Below are positions 50,925-62,216 of a stretch of DNA of 64,000 nucleotides, piece by piece. The notes below the pieces were generated by a model. The model was not told where the DNA came from, searched no databases, and saw nothing but the letters and a program-made list of their open reading frames with translations. The DNA lies in contig CM106585.1 in NCBI GenBank assembly GCA_048013815.1, positions 17,360,001 to 17,424,000 of the forward strand. Reading direction: 5' to 3'. Within the stretch, counting starts at the first letter, position 1. Each line of letters begins with the position of its first letter. This stretch comes from Setoptus koraiensis (taxonomy: Eukaryota > Animalia > Arthropoda). Position numbers and translations under genes: made by a program.

Positions 50925-53575
50925 GGGCCTCTCTCACACTCGGAGATTGTGCCGGACGATTCGAGTTACTTGATCGATGGGCGCCGATTGTTGCCGGCCG
51001 CGAGCTGTTTGCTGTGCACTGGTAAACTACCCACTGAATTGGCAGTGTGACATCACTTTAGATAATGAGCCCATCGGACGGTCACAGTGTGACCACCGGA
51101 TGAACGTATCACAATGATGGCAGTGAACATTGTCTCTTTGCAATGCTCTTTGCATTGAGTGTGCCTAACCGAAAGTGATGCCAGATAATGTCGATGGGGG
51201 GGGGGGGATTAATTAAGATAAGAAGCGATGGCGTGGAGATAATTTTCGCACTTTATAAAACACAACTGCATTGATGGCACCTAAGAGTTTTGGAAAAAGC
51301 AAGCTTCTAATGGGAATTCGCCAGCGTGCAGCAAACAGTTGATTATCATTGGCAACAGTATGGCGATTGTACGGTTGATATGTATATTATCACCATGGCG
51401 ATAGCATCCGATAAGAATGCTAATAAATTGTTTCGCGACAAGAGCAGCTTGCAGACTGTCGCCGAGTGTGTCGCTGTTGTGTCGCTGTTGTGTCGCTGTT
51501 GTGTCGCTGTTGTGTCGGTGGCTTCGAGTGGCAAGTTGATATTGCACATAGTATCAGTATGGTATCAGTGCAGTATCAGCGATTATCAATTCACTTTTCA
51601 AACGATGCCTAATATCCGAATTTTCTTTCGAGCTTCTCCAAATTGACTCTTGCTATCAATGGCAAGCCAGCTAGTTAGTTGTTGACTGTTCTCATTGAAT
51701 TGAAATCTCTCAGTTGGAAACAGCTCAAGTTGACAATATACAAAGAGTGGTTATATACACACTTGCATGCGCTTGCTCGCAATGGAATAGCAGTGCAGCA
51801 GCTCGTTAATTGTGAGCGTAATTACCAACGTGACGACGACGACAAAGACGACGACTAATGCGACGACTTGCTGCTGCCGCTGCTGTGTTAGACGACGGAA
51901 TTGAGCCAAAACAAAACGGAGCGAAAACGACCAAATTGAACTAAACCAGCTAAACTTAAAACGAGCATTCGAGAGCAATAAGACGACGACGACGACGAAC
52001 AACAGAGGAGTGATTGCAACTAATTAGTGATAGTCATTTTTCCAGAGCCAATGCAATAACGAAAAACAAGATACATGAGACAGCAACTCGAGACGGCATA
52101 GCTAATGAAAGCGCTGCCACAATCAAGACGAGCTTGTCGAGCTACTGTTGCCACCGTGTCTTGCCAACGCAACTCAACATGAGTCGACCTAATGATAATC
52201 ATATAAAATAAAATAAAATAAAACAAAATAATATCAAATCAAATTCATTTATTGATTCTCGCGAACTTGCCACTCACAACTAATCATGGCATCTCAATTG
52301 TGACTAGTCTGTCACATCAACACACATGTTTATGCACACAAACACCCAAGCAAAAAGATAAATCTTGCCGGTTAAATTAGCAGCATGATGATGAAAAATA
52401 GTGCACTCACGTTTGCTGTGTTTCTTCGCAGAAAAAGAGACAGAAAAAAGGCAGAATAAAGAACACGAAAAAAGTCGCTTCGGTGCATGTTTTTGCTTGT
52501 CGCATTCGCAATTTTCGATCATTCGCCAGCGCGAACGTTGGCGTCATCTTTTCACGCCATTTAAACGCTCTCTTGCTCTGTCATGTGCATGCTTGTGTTT
52601 AATTGATCTTGTTTGCTGTGGATTCCGTTGTTCAGTGGGGCCGTTTTTCATTGCGCTGCTCGATGGGAGGTCACTTTGGCAAAGTGTTGATTGATTTAGT
52701 TTGTCCAGCTCGGCGTTGTGCGGCGTTGATTGTTTGTGTTATGGACGCACAGCAACAATCGATTGAATGGCGAGCCATCCAATAATCAATCGATATGGCC
52801 GCCAATTCTTTCAATAGATGCCATAGAGAAATGCTACAATTTATTCACAGCAGCCACACAAGCACCAGTTGAGATCTGGCGGCTGTCACAATGAACTGTG
52901 ATACAATGTGCAACAATTTTAATGAGTTTCAAAGTGAATTTCACCAAATTCACATGTATTTATGGTGGTGCAAATCTGAGCAGGGGCTTGTGAGCTGAGA
53001 AAATGAGTGAGACGACAATGAATAAGTGGAGCAGTGAAAACACCGAATTGTGTTCGTTCATTTCGAAAATTTGCAGCCCATTCGGAGATAAACGGCCAGT
53101 TGGACAAACGAAGGCTGCTGAATGGTCTCATCATCATTGTTTTCTCATCAATCTCGATCTGGCCGTTCACTCAAATTGTCGATAGAACATTATTTAAAAT
53201 TGTTGTTGTCACACAGCAATGATTGATGTTTCACAAGCGCCAGAAAAGCCACCAACAAGCAATTCAACAAACACGAGTTGCAAGACTGACACGACCATTG
53301 CGAGGGCACACGTAAGCCACGAGCTGCTTATTTTGTATACATTGGCGAGCAACTGGCAAGCTCACAATTGCCTACTGAAAGTCACAACAGGAGTTCGTTA
53401 GTGACTTTGAGTCAGCGTCAATGGAACAACAATATTCTTGTTTTATCTCATTCTATGCCTTTCCACTTGCCAGCGAGCCGTGAGCCGATCGAGCAACAAT
53501 CCGAACAGGAGCAACTCACCTGTTCGGTCCGGATTTGTTCGCGATGCAACAGTGCAACTGCTGTCGAACAAATAA

Positions 53576-53584
53576 CAGGTGAGT
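53576..53584 (+). other. Consensus splice donor CAG|GTGAGT, possible end of a 5' UTR exon of the hydrolase gene
   Basis: Perfect donor consensus ~1.07 kb upstream of the hydrolase ATG, on the same strand. No transcript evidence. Confidence 0.3.
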
Positions 53585-54645
53585 AACTAGTTTCTTTATT
53601 CTCTTTATTTGCAATGTTGCTGCTCATTTAGCCCGACGGTGAGTCAGCAATATTTCGCCAGCTTGTTTATCGGCAAGTTGAGCTATTATTATTATTATCA
53701 TTATGTTGTTGTTGTTGTTGTTGTTTGCATGTAATGAATGAGTCATCGCCGATTGTGTCTGCCCACTATGCTCATGCCTCTCGCACACTGCACCGATACC
53801 TGGCGAGTTCATTGGCGAGCACAACGATTCGTTATTCTTTGTGTTCCGTGTCTCATAAATCATACTCTTACATCTCATTCTCTGTTAGTCAGATCGTGGC
53901 ATCGATGGCATTCGCGAGCAAGCCAATGCACCCTCACACACAACATTTATTAGCGCGATTGTAGCGCTCGCAACGATAAATTTTATGTATTTTGTATATC
54001 CTGTGTGCAATTTACGCAAACACTGGTATATAATCGACAGATTCGTTTGCAAGTTCACTCACAAGCGAATTGGCGCCCGAAGCGAGCAAATTAGATCAAT
54101 TAGCACAATATCAGTCAACAATTTCACCGTTCATATCTGCACAAATACTCGTATCCAATAAATAAAAACTAGATAGATTTATAATTTTAACTGTTTCATT
54201 TGCTAGTGCACCAAATGCCACAAAATGAACAGATTGAAGCCTAATCTGTCAGCACTACGACACAGCCAGCACTCTTCGGCAACAGCTAAGCAATCGCAAT
54301 AATGAGGCCCATTGAATGAGACAATTTCAAGCGCATTCAAATCGCAGTTTCTGATCAGTATTTGATTTTGTATTTCGAATCTAGCAAACACCAGCTGCAA
54401 GAGGAAGAGCCATCCAATTTCGGCCTCATCAGCCAGAACATATCCGTAGCACACCAAAATAAAAGAAACAGAAAATTGGCCTGCTGACACATCCCAATCG
54501 GACCAATCGAACATATTTATTTCAACAAGTTCAATAAAACGAGAAAAAGACTCGATGCCATCGCAATAGATACATTATATTATATACTGATGGCAAACCT
54601 ATCAGCTTTGAGCCCTCACATTGTCCTGCCGATGGATAGTGCAAG

Positions 54646-55018
54646 ATGAGCGCCAAAAGTGAATTACAAAATTCAGAGACACTGAATAAGGCAGAAAAAA
54701 TGGTGCACATAAGCGAGCAAGACAATTGTTCAAGTGTCCCCCGGCCGGATGTTTGCGAAATTTCAATTCGATGCTGTGGGCAATTGTACGCACAATGGAG
54801 ACATAGACGTCGAGTTTATAAGAAAGTTGCCAACAGAGGAGGAATTCCGCTCACTATTAAATATGTCGACACTGCCAAAACCATGCAACCCACGCTGCTG
54901 GCCAGAGCGCCAACAGTATTAGCCGTTCACGGAGCCCCAGGATCTTACGAGGATTTCGATTTCTTATTTGATCATCTCAAATCGCTCGGTATACGCGTGA
55001 TAGCGCCCAATTTTCCAG
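54646..55018 (+). CDS. Alpha/beta hydrolase (DUF1057-like), exon 1
   Basis: YVDT...TVLAVHGAPGSYEDFDFL...GIRVIAPNFP is the oxyanion-hole region of alpha/beta hydrolases. Donor G|GTGAGT, phase 1. Confidence 0.88.
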
Positions 55019-55239
55019 GTGAGTGAGTGATCTTGCTTATTACAACAACAACAGCACCACCAATCATGCCGTGTTGCCACCTAACGGTGATATAGAGGAG
55101 CTCAATTATCATAAAATAAGAGAATAATGAGCCGAGCTCGATGAATTTTTTGTCGCGTCAGTTGCGCCGTCTGATGGCTACTTCGCGAAGTATCCGGAAA
55201 AGCGCGCCAAAACTGAGCGAATAGGAAAATTTAGTGATC

Positions 55240-55830
55240 GGGGGAGAGCCGTCTCCCTCTCCCCCTCCCGCTGTGTATAGAGGGGAGAGGGAGAAAAAAT
55301 CTCCCCCTCCCGCTGTCAAGAGAGGGAAGAGGGAGTCTCCCCCTCCCGTCTCCCGCTTTGGGAGGGGGAGAGGGAATCTCCCTCTCCCTCTCCCGCTCGG
55401 GGAGACGGGAGAGGGAATCTCCCGGGGAGAAATCCGTCTCCCGGGGAGAGCCCGGGGAGACGATCTCGTCAGCATGGCACTCGCCACGACAACTCACTGG
55501 TTTTTTTGGCAAAATATCAGTGTCCACTGTTAATTGTCCTCGTCAATTGCTGAATATGGGTGAAACTAGTGAGCCTGTTGCAGTGTCTGAAGGAGAAATC
55601 GTCTCCCCGGGCTCTCCCCGGGAGACGGATTTCTCCCCGGGAGATGCCCTCTCTCATCTCCCCGAGCGGGAGAGGGAGAGTGAGATGCCCTCTCCCGTCT
55701 CCCCGAGCGGGAGAGGGAGGGGGAGATGCCCTCTCCCCTTCCCCGAGTTTGAAACGGGAGGGGGAGATTTTTTCTCCCTCTCCCAAAAATTTGAACGGGA
55801 CGGGAGAGGGGAACCTCCCATTTGGGAGAC
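55240..55830. mobile_element. Foldback/MITE-like element: ~225-bp modular inverted arms around a 133-bp spacer
   Basis: The left arm end GGGGAGAAATCCGTCTCCCGGGGAGAGCCCGGGGAGACGAT (to 55464) is the exact reverse complement of ATCGTCTCCCCGGGCTCTCCCCGGGAGACGGATTTCTCCCC (from 55598). Similarity continues outward through repeated CTCCC...GGGAG modules. Termini and TSD were not resolved. Confidence 0.75.
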
Positions 55831-55938
55831 TTCTCTGAGAAAATCTCATTTTCAAAATTGAACATCTCGCAGAAGCTCTAATTATAGCATCATTTTTTTT
55901 TCTCTATATTTATATCGGCACCAACAACAAACTGACAG

Positions 55939-56032
55939 TCATGAAAGAAACAGTGGCCACCATTTTTAGACACTCGGCCGACGAAAAGGCTGCCTATCTC
56001 ATGGACTTCCTTCGCGCCATTCAAGTGCACAG
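55939..56032 (+). CDS. Alpha/beta hydrolase (DUF1057-like), exon 2
   Basis: First AG after a T-rich tract (ACTGACAG|TC). Encodes VMKETVATIFRHSADEKAAYLMDFLRAIQVH; donor AG|GTAAGT. In-frame alternative acceptors exist at 55872 and 55887. Confidence 0.8.
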
Positions 56033-56193
56033 GTAAGTTGCTCATAGTAGTTTATTAAATAACAATCTCTACAGTCTTACAATACTTACACGATAATCGA
56101 AACCATAATATTTATTTCGCCTATCGTTGCGTTATCATTTCGATTTATTTTATTTATCATTATTTTTTTCTTTTCTTTTTTTCACGATTTCAG

Positions 56194-56708
56194 AGTGGAC
56201 CTGCTAATTTCACACAGCAGCGCTGTGTTTCCGTCGTTGCTACTAATCAACAACCAAAACAATTTCGATCAACGCGACACTGATCAACAGCAACAACGAA
56301 TAAGCTTTAAATCGTTGGCCCTTTTTAATCCGCCTGGCCACAGGTTACCTCATTCAATGAAGCCCAGCTGGTTCAAATGTGGCTCAGTGAGATTTTATCA
56401 CAAGAAGGGTGGAAGGACACTGTTCAAGGCATTTGGGCCACAATTTCTAAAACTAGTTGGTTCACCTGTCAAAGTGGACGATATGGACGATGTCATGCTG
56501 TCGGCAACGGTGATGAAAAATTCTCATTGTAGAAGAGTTAAGGAACAGTTGCACAATTTAGCCAAATTGAAACTGCCAACACTGTTGCTGTTCAGTGAAA
56601 ACGACAAACTAATAGAGAAGGAAATCTTCTATGAGATGGCCAGCTTTCTGAAGGCCGATAGCTCAAAATTCGACTACTATGACGACGAGGGTAGATTAGA
56701 GCGATCAG
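56194..56708 (+). CDS. Alpha/beta hydrolase (DUF1057-like), exon 3 (nucleophile Ser and acid Asp)
   Basis: Acceptor TTTCAG|A after a long pyrimidine tract. Contains VDLLISHSSA and PTLLLFSENDKLIE; donor G|GTAAAT. Confidence 0.88.
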
Positions 56709-56862
56709 GTAAATAATTGATCAGTGCTACACTTTTGCATATTGCCATTTCCATCTAATAATATGTTCAAATGTCTGGCTAATCAGATCACTTGAATTTC
56801 AGAATCTAGTTGACACCACCTAACCGACCAACTCTACTCATTGTATAACTCGCATTATTTAG

Positions 56863-57017
56863 GATACTCAAATGATGATTGGATTCAGGTGATAGTATTC
56901 AAGAACGGAGGCCATTATTCGTATTTGAGTAACAGCGAAATCGTTAACAAAGCCATCTCGGAGCTCTTGCGCCGTGTTTGTGCTATGCCCAGTGCACCCA
57001 GATGCTCACCATGTTAA
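56863..57017 (+). CDS. Alpha/beta hydrolase (DUF1057-like), exon 4 (catalytic His); total 378 aa
   Basis: Acceptor TTATTTAG|GA. Encodes YSNDDWIQVIVFKNGGHYSYLSNSEIVNKAISELL...* . The four exons sum to 1137 nt (379 codons including stop), with all phases compatible. Confidence 0.85.
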
Positions 57018-58887
57018 TTGGCTCAGGATATCCAAATTCAGCGAATCTTTCTCATGCTAAAATGATATTATCGTCATCTGGCTTAATCACCCAAAATTTA
57101 TCGCCAAGATGTGACAAAAAGTGCTTCCGTCCGAACTGATACGATTAGCGATACTCGAGGAACACTTGTGATCATTTTTCGCTCCGAAATGGTCAGATCG
57201 GTTTTTACGTGCTTACAATCTCCAGAGATTCTGGTTTTGTTCGCCGGATGTCTGATGGTTATCGAAAGTAGAATGATTATTCCACCGAGGAGTGTGTCCA
57301 TTGTGCTCTACAGTGGAACAAAAAACACTGGTCTTGCATTTTCGGGGTGTCATTTTGGATTTTCGGGCGCGAATCTGAAAAAATTGTACGCTTGTATAGC
57401 ACATGTGGGTTGAAAATGCTGTTTAAGAAATCAGAATTTTATCGGATTAAGCCGAGTGTCTGGTGATTCAACGGCACTTTCACAAGTAGATGTGACCAGA
57501 TAAAAGCTCCAAATAATAAAGTTTGACCTATGCTCAGAACTATCGAGAATTTTTGTTTGCATCGCCGCGAACTGTCATTTTTTCTATTCCGTTTCGTATC
57601 CTTCGTTATGTAACCTCTATGTTGCGGTGGTTGCATGAATCCTAAACAAACTAGATTGATTGTGTGTCGGATGCGAAAATTCGTCCGCATGGCATGGCAA
57701 TGATACTTTTTACTCGGGTTCAATTCTTTTCAATCCGCTAGATGTCATGAGCGGCGAGCCGGATTTCATTTGTGGGGGTGGAGCTTATTTCGGAAAGAAC
57801 GCTTTGTTGAACGCGAATTTTGCCAGCATCTGTTATACTTGCTAGTTGCAAGCTGAAAAGCGTTAGAGAAAAGAGAGATGGAATAGATTAGGCGAAATGT
57901 GTTCAGTTGTAGTTTGACCATCGAAGCGGGCACATCGTTTGCTGATACACCTGTAGCAGTTGGCACGTTTTATGTGATGATTGTCTTTTAAATGTTTTCG
58001 GCAAGGGCTCGACAGATTGCATCATAACAGTAACAAAGCATCAGCGCAAACAGCGAAATAGAAGGCTACAATTAGAAGACTAACTACAGTGGTTGCATAT
58101 GAAACAAACAAACAGATTCAACTATTTATTCAACTCGAACACCATTGATCAACCTGAAACAAACGAAAAAATTGAAAAATTGAAAAAATTCTGACATTGT
58201 GTCGCAAGTGTGTATCAAGTGCATTGTGTGCAACATTGAACTTGATTGTAGTTCAAAACAAGCAAAAGATAAAGATTGTATACAGCAAATTGTTGTCACC
58301 GGCATAACAGTGAATGTGACAAGTGACAGCAGCCGATTGATGATTATAGTGATGGTCAAGTCATGAAAGAAGACACACAATGACAATTTGGAAACAGCAC
58401 GTCATCAACAAGCAACAGCTTCGAAGCAAACACTGAAAACAGCCGCAAGAGGGAGCCTGACAAAAGGGTAAGTGATTGGGTGCTTCTTTTTGCGCCATAC
58501 GAAACAATTCGAGCTGGTCGAGCGGATGAAGCACCTCGAACAAATCGCATTGGCTCGTTGGGCCCGACAGTGTTAATTTATATATCCAACAGACAGCGAG
58601 GCCGCATCCCTGCTTGATAGCCTGCTTGGCAGTATGCAAATTGGCGCCACCAACAATGGCGGCCAGCAAAGACAGATGAACTTGGTCTAGACGGCGCTCT
58701 CACACAGATCTGATCGACGGTATCAATCAATTATGACGGATTAACGAGGCCGCAAACAAAGCGACGCACAAGGGATGCAGTGCAGTCACATCTCAGGCTC
58801 AGTGATATCTCAGTTAGTGCGGCAGTCGCATTGAAAAGCAAGCGTGACCATTCTTATCTCTTTGTCTGTCGCTGCTTGCCGGTTGTT

Positions 58888-58960
58888 GGCCAGTTTTGGG
58901 CCAGTTTTTGGCCGGTTTTTGGCCGGTTTTTGGTCAGTTCTGGGCCAGTTTTTGGCCAGT
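58888..58960. repeat. Degenerate 11-bp repeat GGCC(A/G)GTTTTT, ~7 copies
   Basis: Direct reading. Confidence 0.85.
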
Positions 58961-59319
58961 ATGCTCGTTTGGCCAGTGCGAGATGCAGCTCGGCTGGCTC
59001 AAATTGATTTTGTTTTTTCATTTTCGTGTGTTAATCATTTCTTGTTGTTCATCAATTGGTCACGGCAAGCGAGCCAGCGAGAGACGAATGAATGCGAGTT
59101 GCCAACCGACCAAAGTCGATAGATCTCAATTTTTTGATTTAAAGAGCTCCAAAAGTGTACATGTTGGCAGCCACCGTTCGATTTCGAATCGATGCGAGCT
59201 TCCAAAGAATCGGAAATTTCAAGCTCAAAGGCTCACTGGCTCACTGGCTCACAGAGTGCGAGAGTCAACAACTCAGCGGTTATATCACAATTGAAATTTG
59301 AGTCACACTCGCTTTAGTT

Positions 59320-59368
59320 GCTGGCGATCGGCTGGCGATCGGCTGGCGATCGGCTGGCGATCGGCTGG
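59320..59368. repeat. 11-bp tandem repeat GCTGGCGATCG x4.5
   Basis: Direct reading. Confidence 0.9.
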
Positions 59369-59780
59369 TTCATCCATCCGGTCACGGCCAACTAAACTAA
59401 CCGTCTGGCCAGCTTGCCAGATTGAAATGAAGCTCGATCAGTGTCACAGTTAGATAGCGGAGACACATTGCGTGAGGGCCGATAAAGCGGCGATTATTTA
59501 AAGTTGGCTCAAACACACACACAAAGCAGCGACAGAACAATAGAGTGACGCAACAGGTGGAAGCGCGACCAATTACGTCATTGGTGTGCCAGCCGAAGCT
59601 ACGTAACCAGCAATGCTATGCGTACGTTGCGTATTCATGCCGCTGTTACGCTATGTGGTCTTGATTGGCATTGCCGGCCAATTGTGTGACTTATGGGCAA
59701 ATGCATTGGCACATACTTTTGTCATACTTTTGTATACTGGCACAGTTAGTGCCAATATACAATATGAGTAGTGTGTGTGT

Positions 59781-59818
59781 GTTATGTAACGAACCGTTAT
59801 AACGGACCGTTACATAAC
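59781..59818. promoter_or_regulatory. 38-bp near-perfect palindrome made of two inverted D-boxes
   Basis: GTTATGTAACG-AA-CCGTTA|TAACGG-AC-CGTTACATAAC; 17 of 19 pairs are complementary. Confidence 0.5.
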
Positions 59819-62169
59819 GTTGTGGCGGCAATTGTTGGTAACAGTGGCTAGAGTGTCAGTGCGCTAGTCATGTGGCAATGGCAGTGAGTGGTTCACCTGT
59901 CATTTAGCAATAATAATTTGGCAATTTATCAATCGCACACTGTGATGATACGGATACAGTCTGTGTCCGTTAACTGTGTGTGACAACAAGTCACAGTTAA
60001 TCGCGCTTCCGTTCACAAAAGGCTCACTGTGCCTGTGCACAAACTGACCACCCAGCACTCTATGCACAGCCAAGCGGACAGGTGAACAACTAATGGTTTT
60101 TGCTGGTCATTGTTGTTATTGTTTTATCGTTTGCAGCACACACACACACACACAATTTTGTACTCCAAAGTCGCCATCTAACTGTTATTAACTGTTATTT
60201 AATTGCAGTGCATCGTTGCGCCAATCATTGGCCAGTTGGCGGCCACAATTGGTGGTCAGTCGGTCCGATAATGATGCTGCCGAGAATGACTTGTCGTTTC
60301 ATCATGTGTGCCTTCATGAATTGAGCATGATGAAAACTGACTTTTGTGATGCAAAATTGAAAAGTGTGAGCGCGCTTGAAAAAGTTGCAAAATTTGCTCA
60401 AGTTTTCGCCACAATCGTGTGCGATTGGCGCCGATTGATCAGCAGTGGTCAAGAGAGGCACACAAAATTTTTGGGCCGCATCCTGTGGACTGCGCAGGCC
60501 GTACAGTCAGCGGACAACAAAATGCGCCGGCCGACACGCCGACGGATCATGTTTTGTTTTAGCCACTCGCCGCTTTGTTTGTGACCGTTACATAATACAG
60601 ACGGACAGACGGACAGAATATATGAATTGATGATGATATTTATAACCGTTACGCAACAGCGCAACAGCATTGTCTCGCCTTGCTGCTGCTGTCGGCCGGC
60701 CGCTGTTGAGTTGGCGGCGTTGACGGGCGGCGTGTGCGCATCTTGCAAACGCTTCATTCTTGTCGGATATTTCAGATCTCTCACAAGTTGCGAGTCACAA
60801 CAACAATTGCAGCAGAATGTAGCCGTGATTGGAGCACCTGTTGCCGTGTTGTGATCATGCGTTCATTTGCGACGGCGTCAATGCTTGCGCAAGTCAATAA
60901 ACTTCTTCCTCTGGCGACTTGTTGCTGTTGCTGTTGCTGTTGTTGTTGTTGTTGCTGCTGCTGCTGTTGTCGTTGTTTGGCCGCTATGAGAAGCGTCGCA
61001 TGAGAAGCGTCGAGTGAGACGAAGAATAACAAACAAGAGGCCGAAAAACAAAAGCGCCGTCCATTGTCTTGTGGCCAGTTGCTGTGATTCAATGATAACA
61101 ACAATTGGCCGGCCACACAATTGGCGACAACGGGCGCTTCTTTTTCATTAGCGCACCAATTGTGCACAGCTAATCAAACAGGTGAACAGACGGCGCATGC
61201 CAAGACTGACCAGCGCTCGCTTGGTCAGCGTCTGTTGGGCTGGCCATTGCGTTTGTCTTGGCTCGCTGTTAGCGAACCGCATCGAGTCTAGACCAAGCGA
61301 ACGTCGTCGAGCTTCTTCACACACTTTTGTCGGTCGCTTCTTTGTTTGCTCACCTGGCCGCTAGGTCGCCGTCAGACGCAACACAAATGCCGGCCGGCGG
61401 TTAATTCATCAATTTATTTATGCAAGCGGCACTTAATTAGCAGTGGCCACCAGCCGTTGCCATGACTACCGTACACATATAAACAAAAGGCACATAAAAC
61501 CGCGACGACGGCGACGGCGACGACAGACAATAAACTGGTCAACTGATAGCTGGCTGACTGACTGATTTTGCATTTTATTTGGCCAGTTTGTTGCAGTGCG
61601 CATCTTCAGTGGTCAGCTGTCAGATAGCGAGCCGGTCAGCTGTGTTGTTGTTGTTGCCGTTGCTGGTGTTGTTGTTGTTGTTGGTGGTGTTGCCGTCAGC
61701 TGTTGCGAGCGGACAATTGTCAATTGCACACTCACACACTACACATACATAACAGTTATATATATCAGGTGTGAATATGACCAGCAGTTGGGTGAGTGAA
61801 CTCGTTTATGCGCACTCGCTCGCTCACTGACAACTGACTTGTGAGTCACAGTTATGCAATATTAGTCAACACAAACACTATGACCAGCTCGCCAAGACCA
61901 GCTGACCAAGACTAGCCGCCAAGCTTGGTCAGCTGATGTGTGTGTGTGTGTGTGTGTTAGTCAGTGTTTTGTTGGACAAGTTGAAATTGAGAGCTTCGTT
62001 GGGCTAATCTAATCACAGTCACCTGTTGCTGGCAGCCACGGCACTTTATAGCGTCCGTCCGTTGATGCTGCTGACTAATTCACTGGCACAACTGATACAT
62101 TGGCTTACAACTTGCAGACCGTTATCTCAGGCATCGTCTTGCGTTTGTTTGTTGCTCTTGGCCAAACAA

Positions 62170-62172
<3 letters not shown>

Positions 62173-62214
<42 letters not shown>
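62173..62214. repeat. (AC)21 microsatellite
   Basis: Direct reading. Confidence 0.95.

Positions 62215-62216
<2 letters not shown>

Noticed and set aside
24202-51094. Palindrome GTCACAGTGTGAC at 24203 and 51081 containing the RSS/Transib heptamer CACAGTG
   Set aside because: No nonamer, no paired termini and no transposase. Two short copies 27 kb apart are not evidence of an element.
55158-55865. Multiple ~100-170 aa Pro/Gly/Arg-rich ORFs on both strands
   Set aside because: Products of the GC-rich foldback, lying inside a well-defined intron. No transposase motifs.
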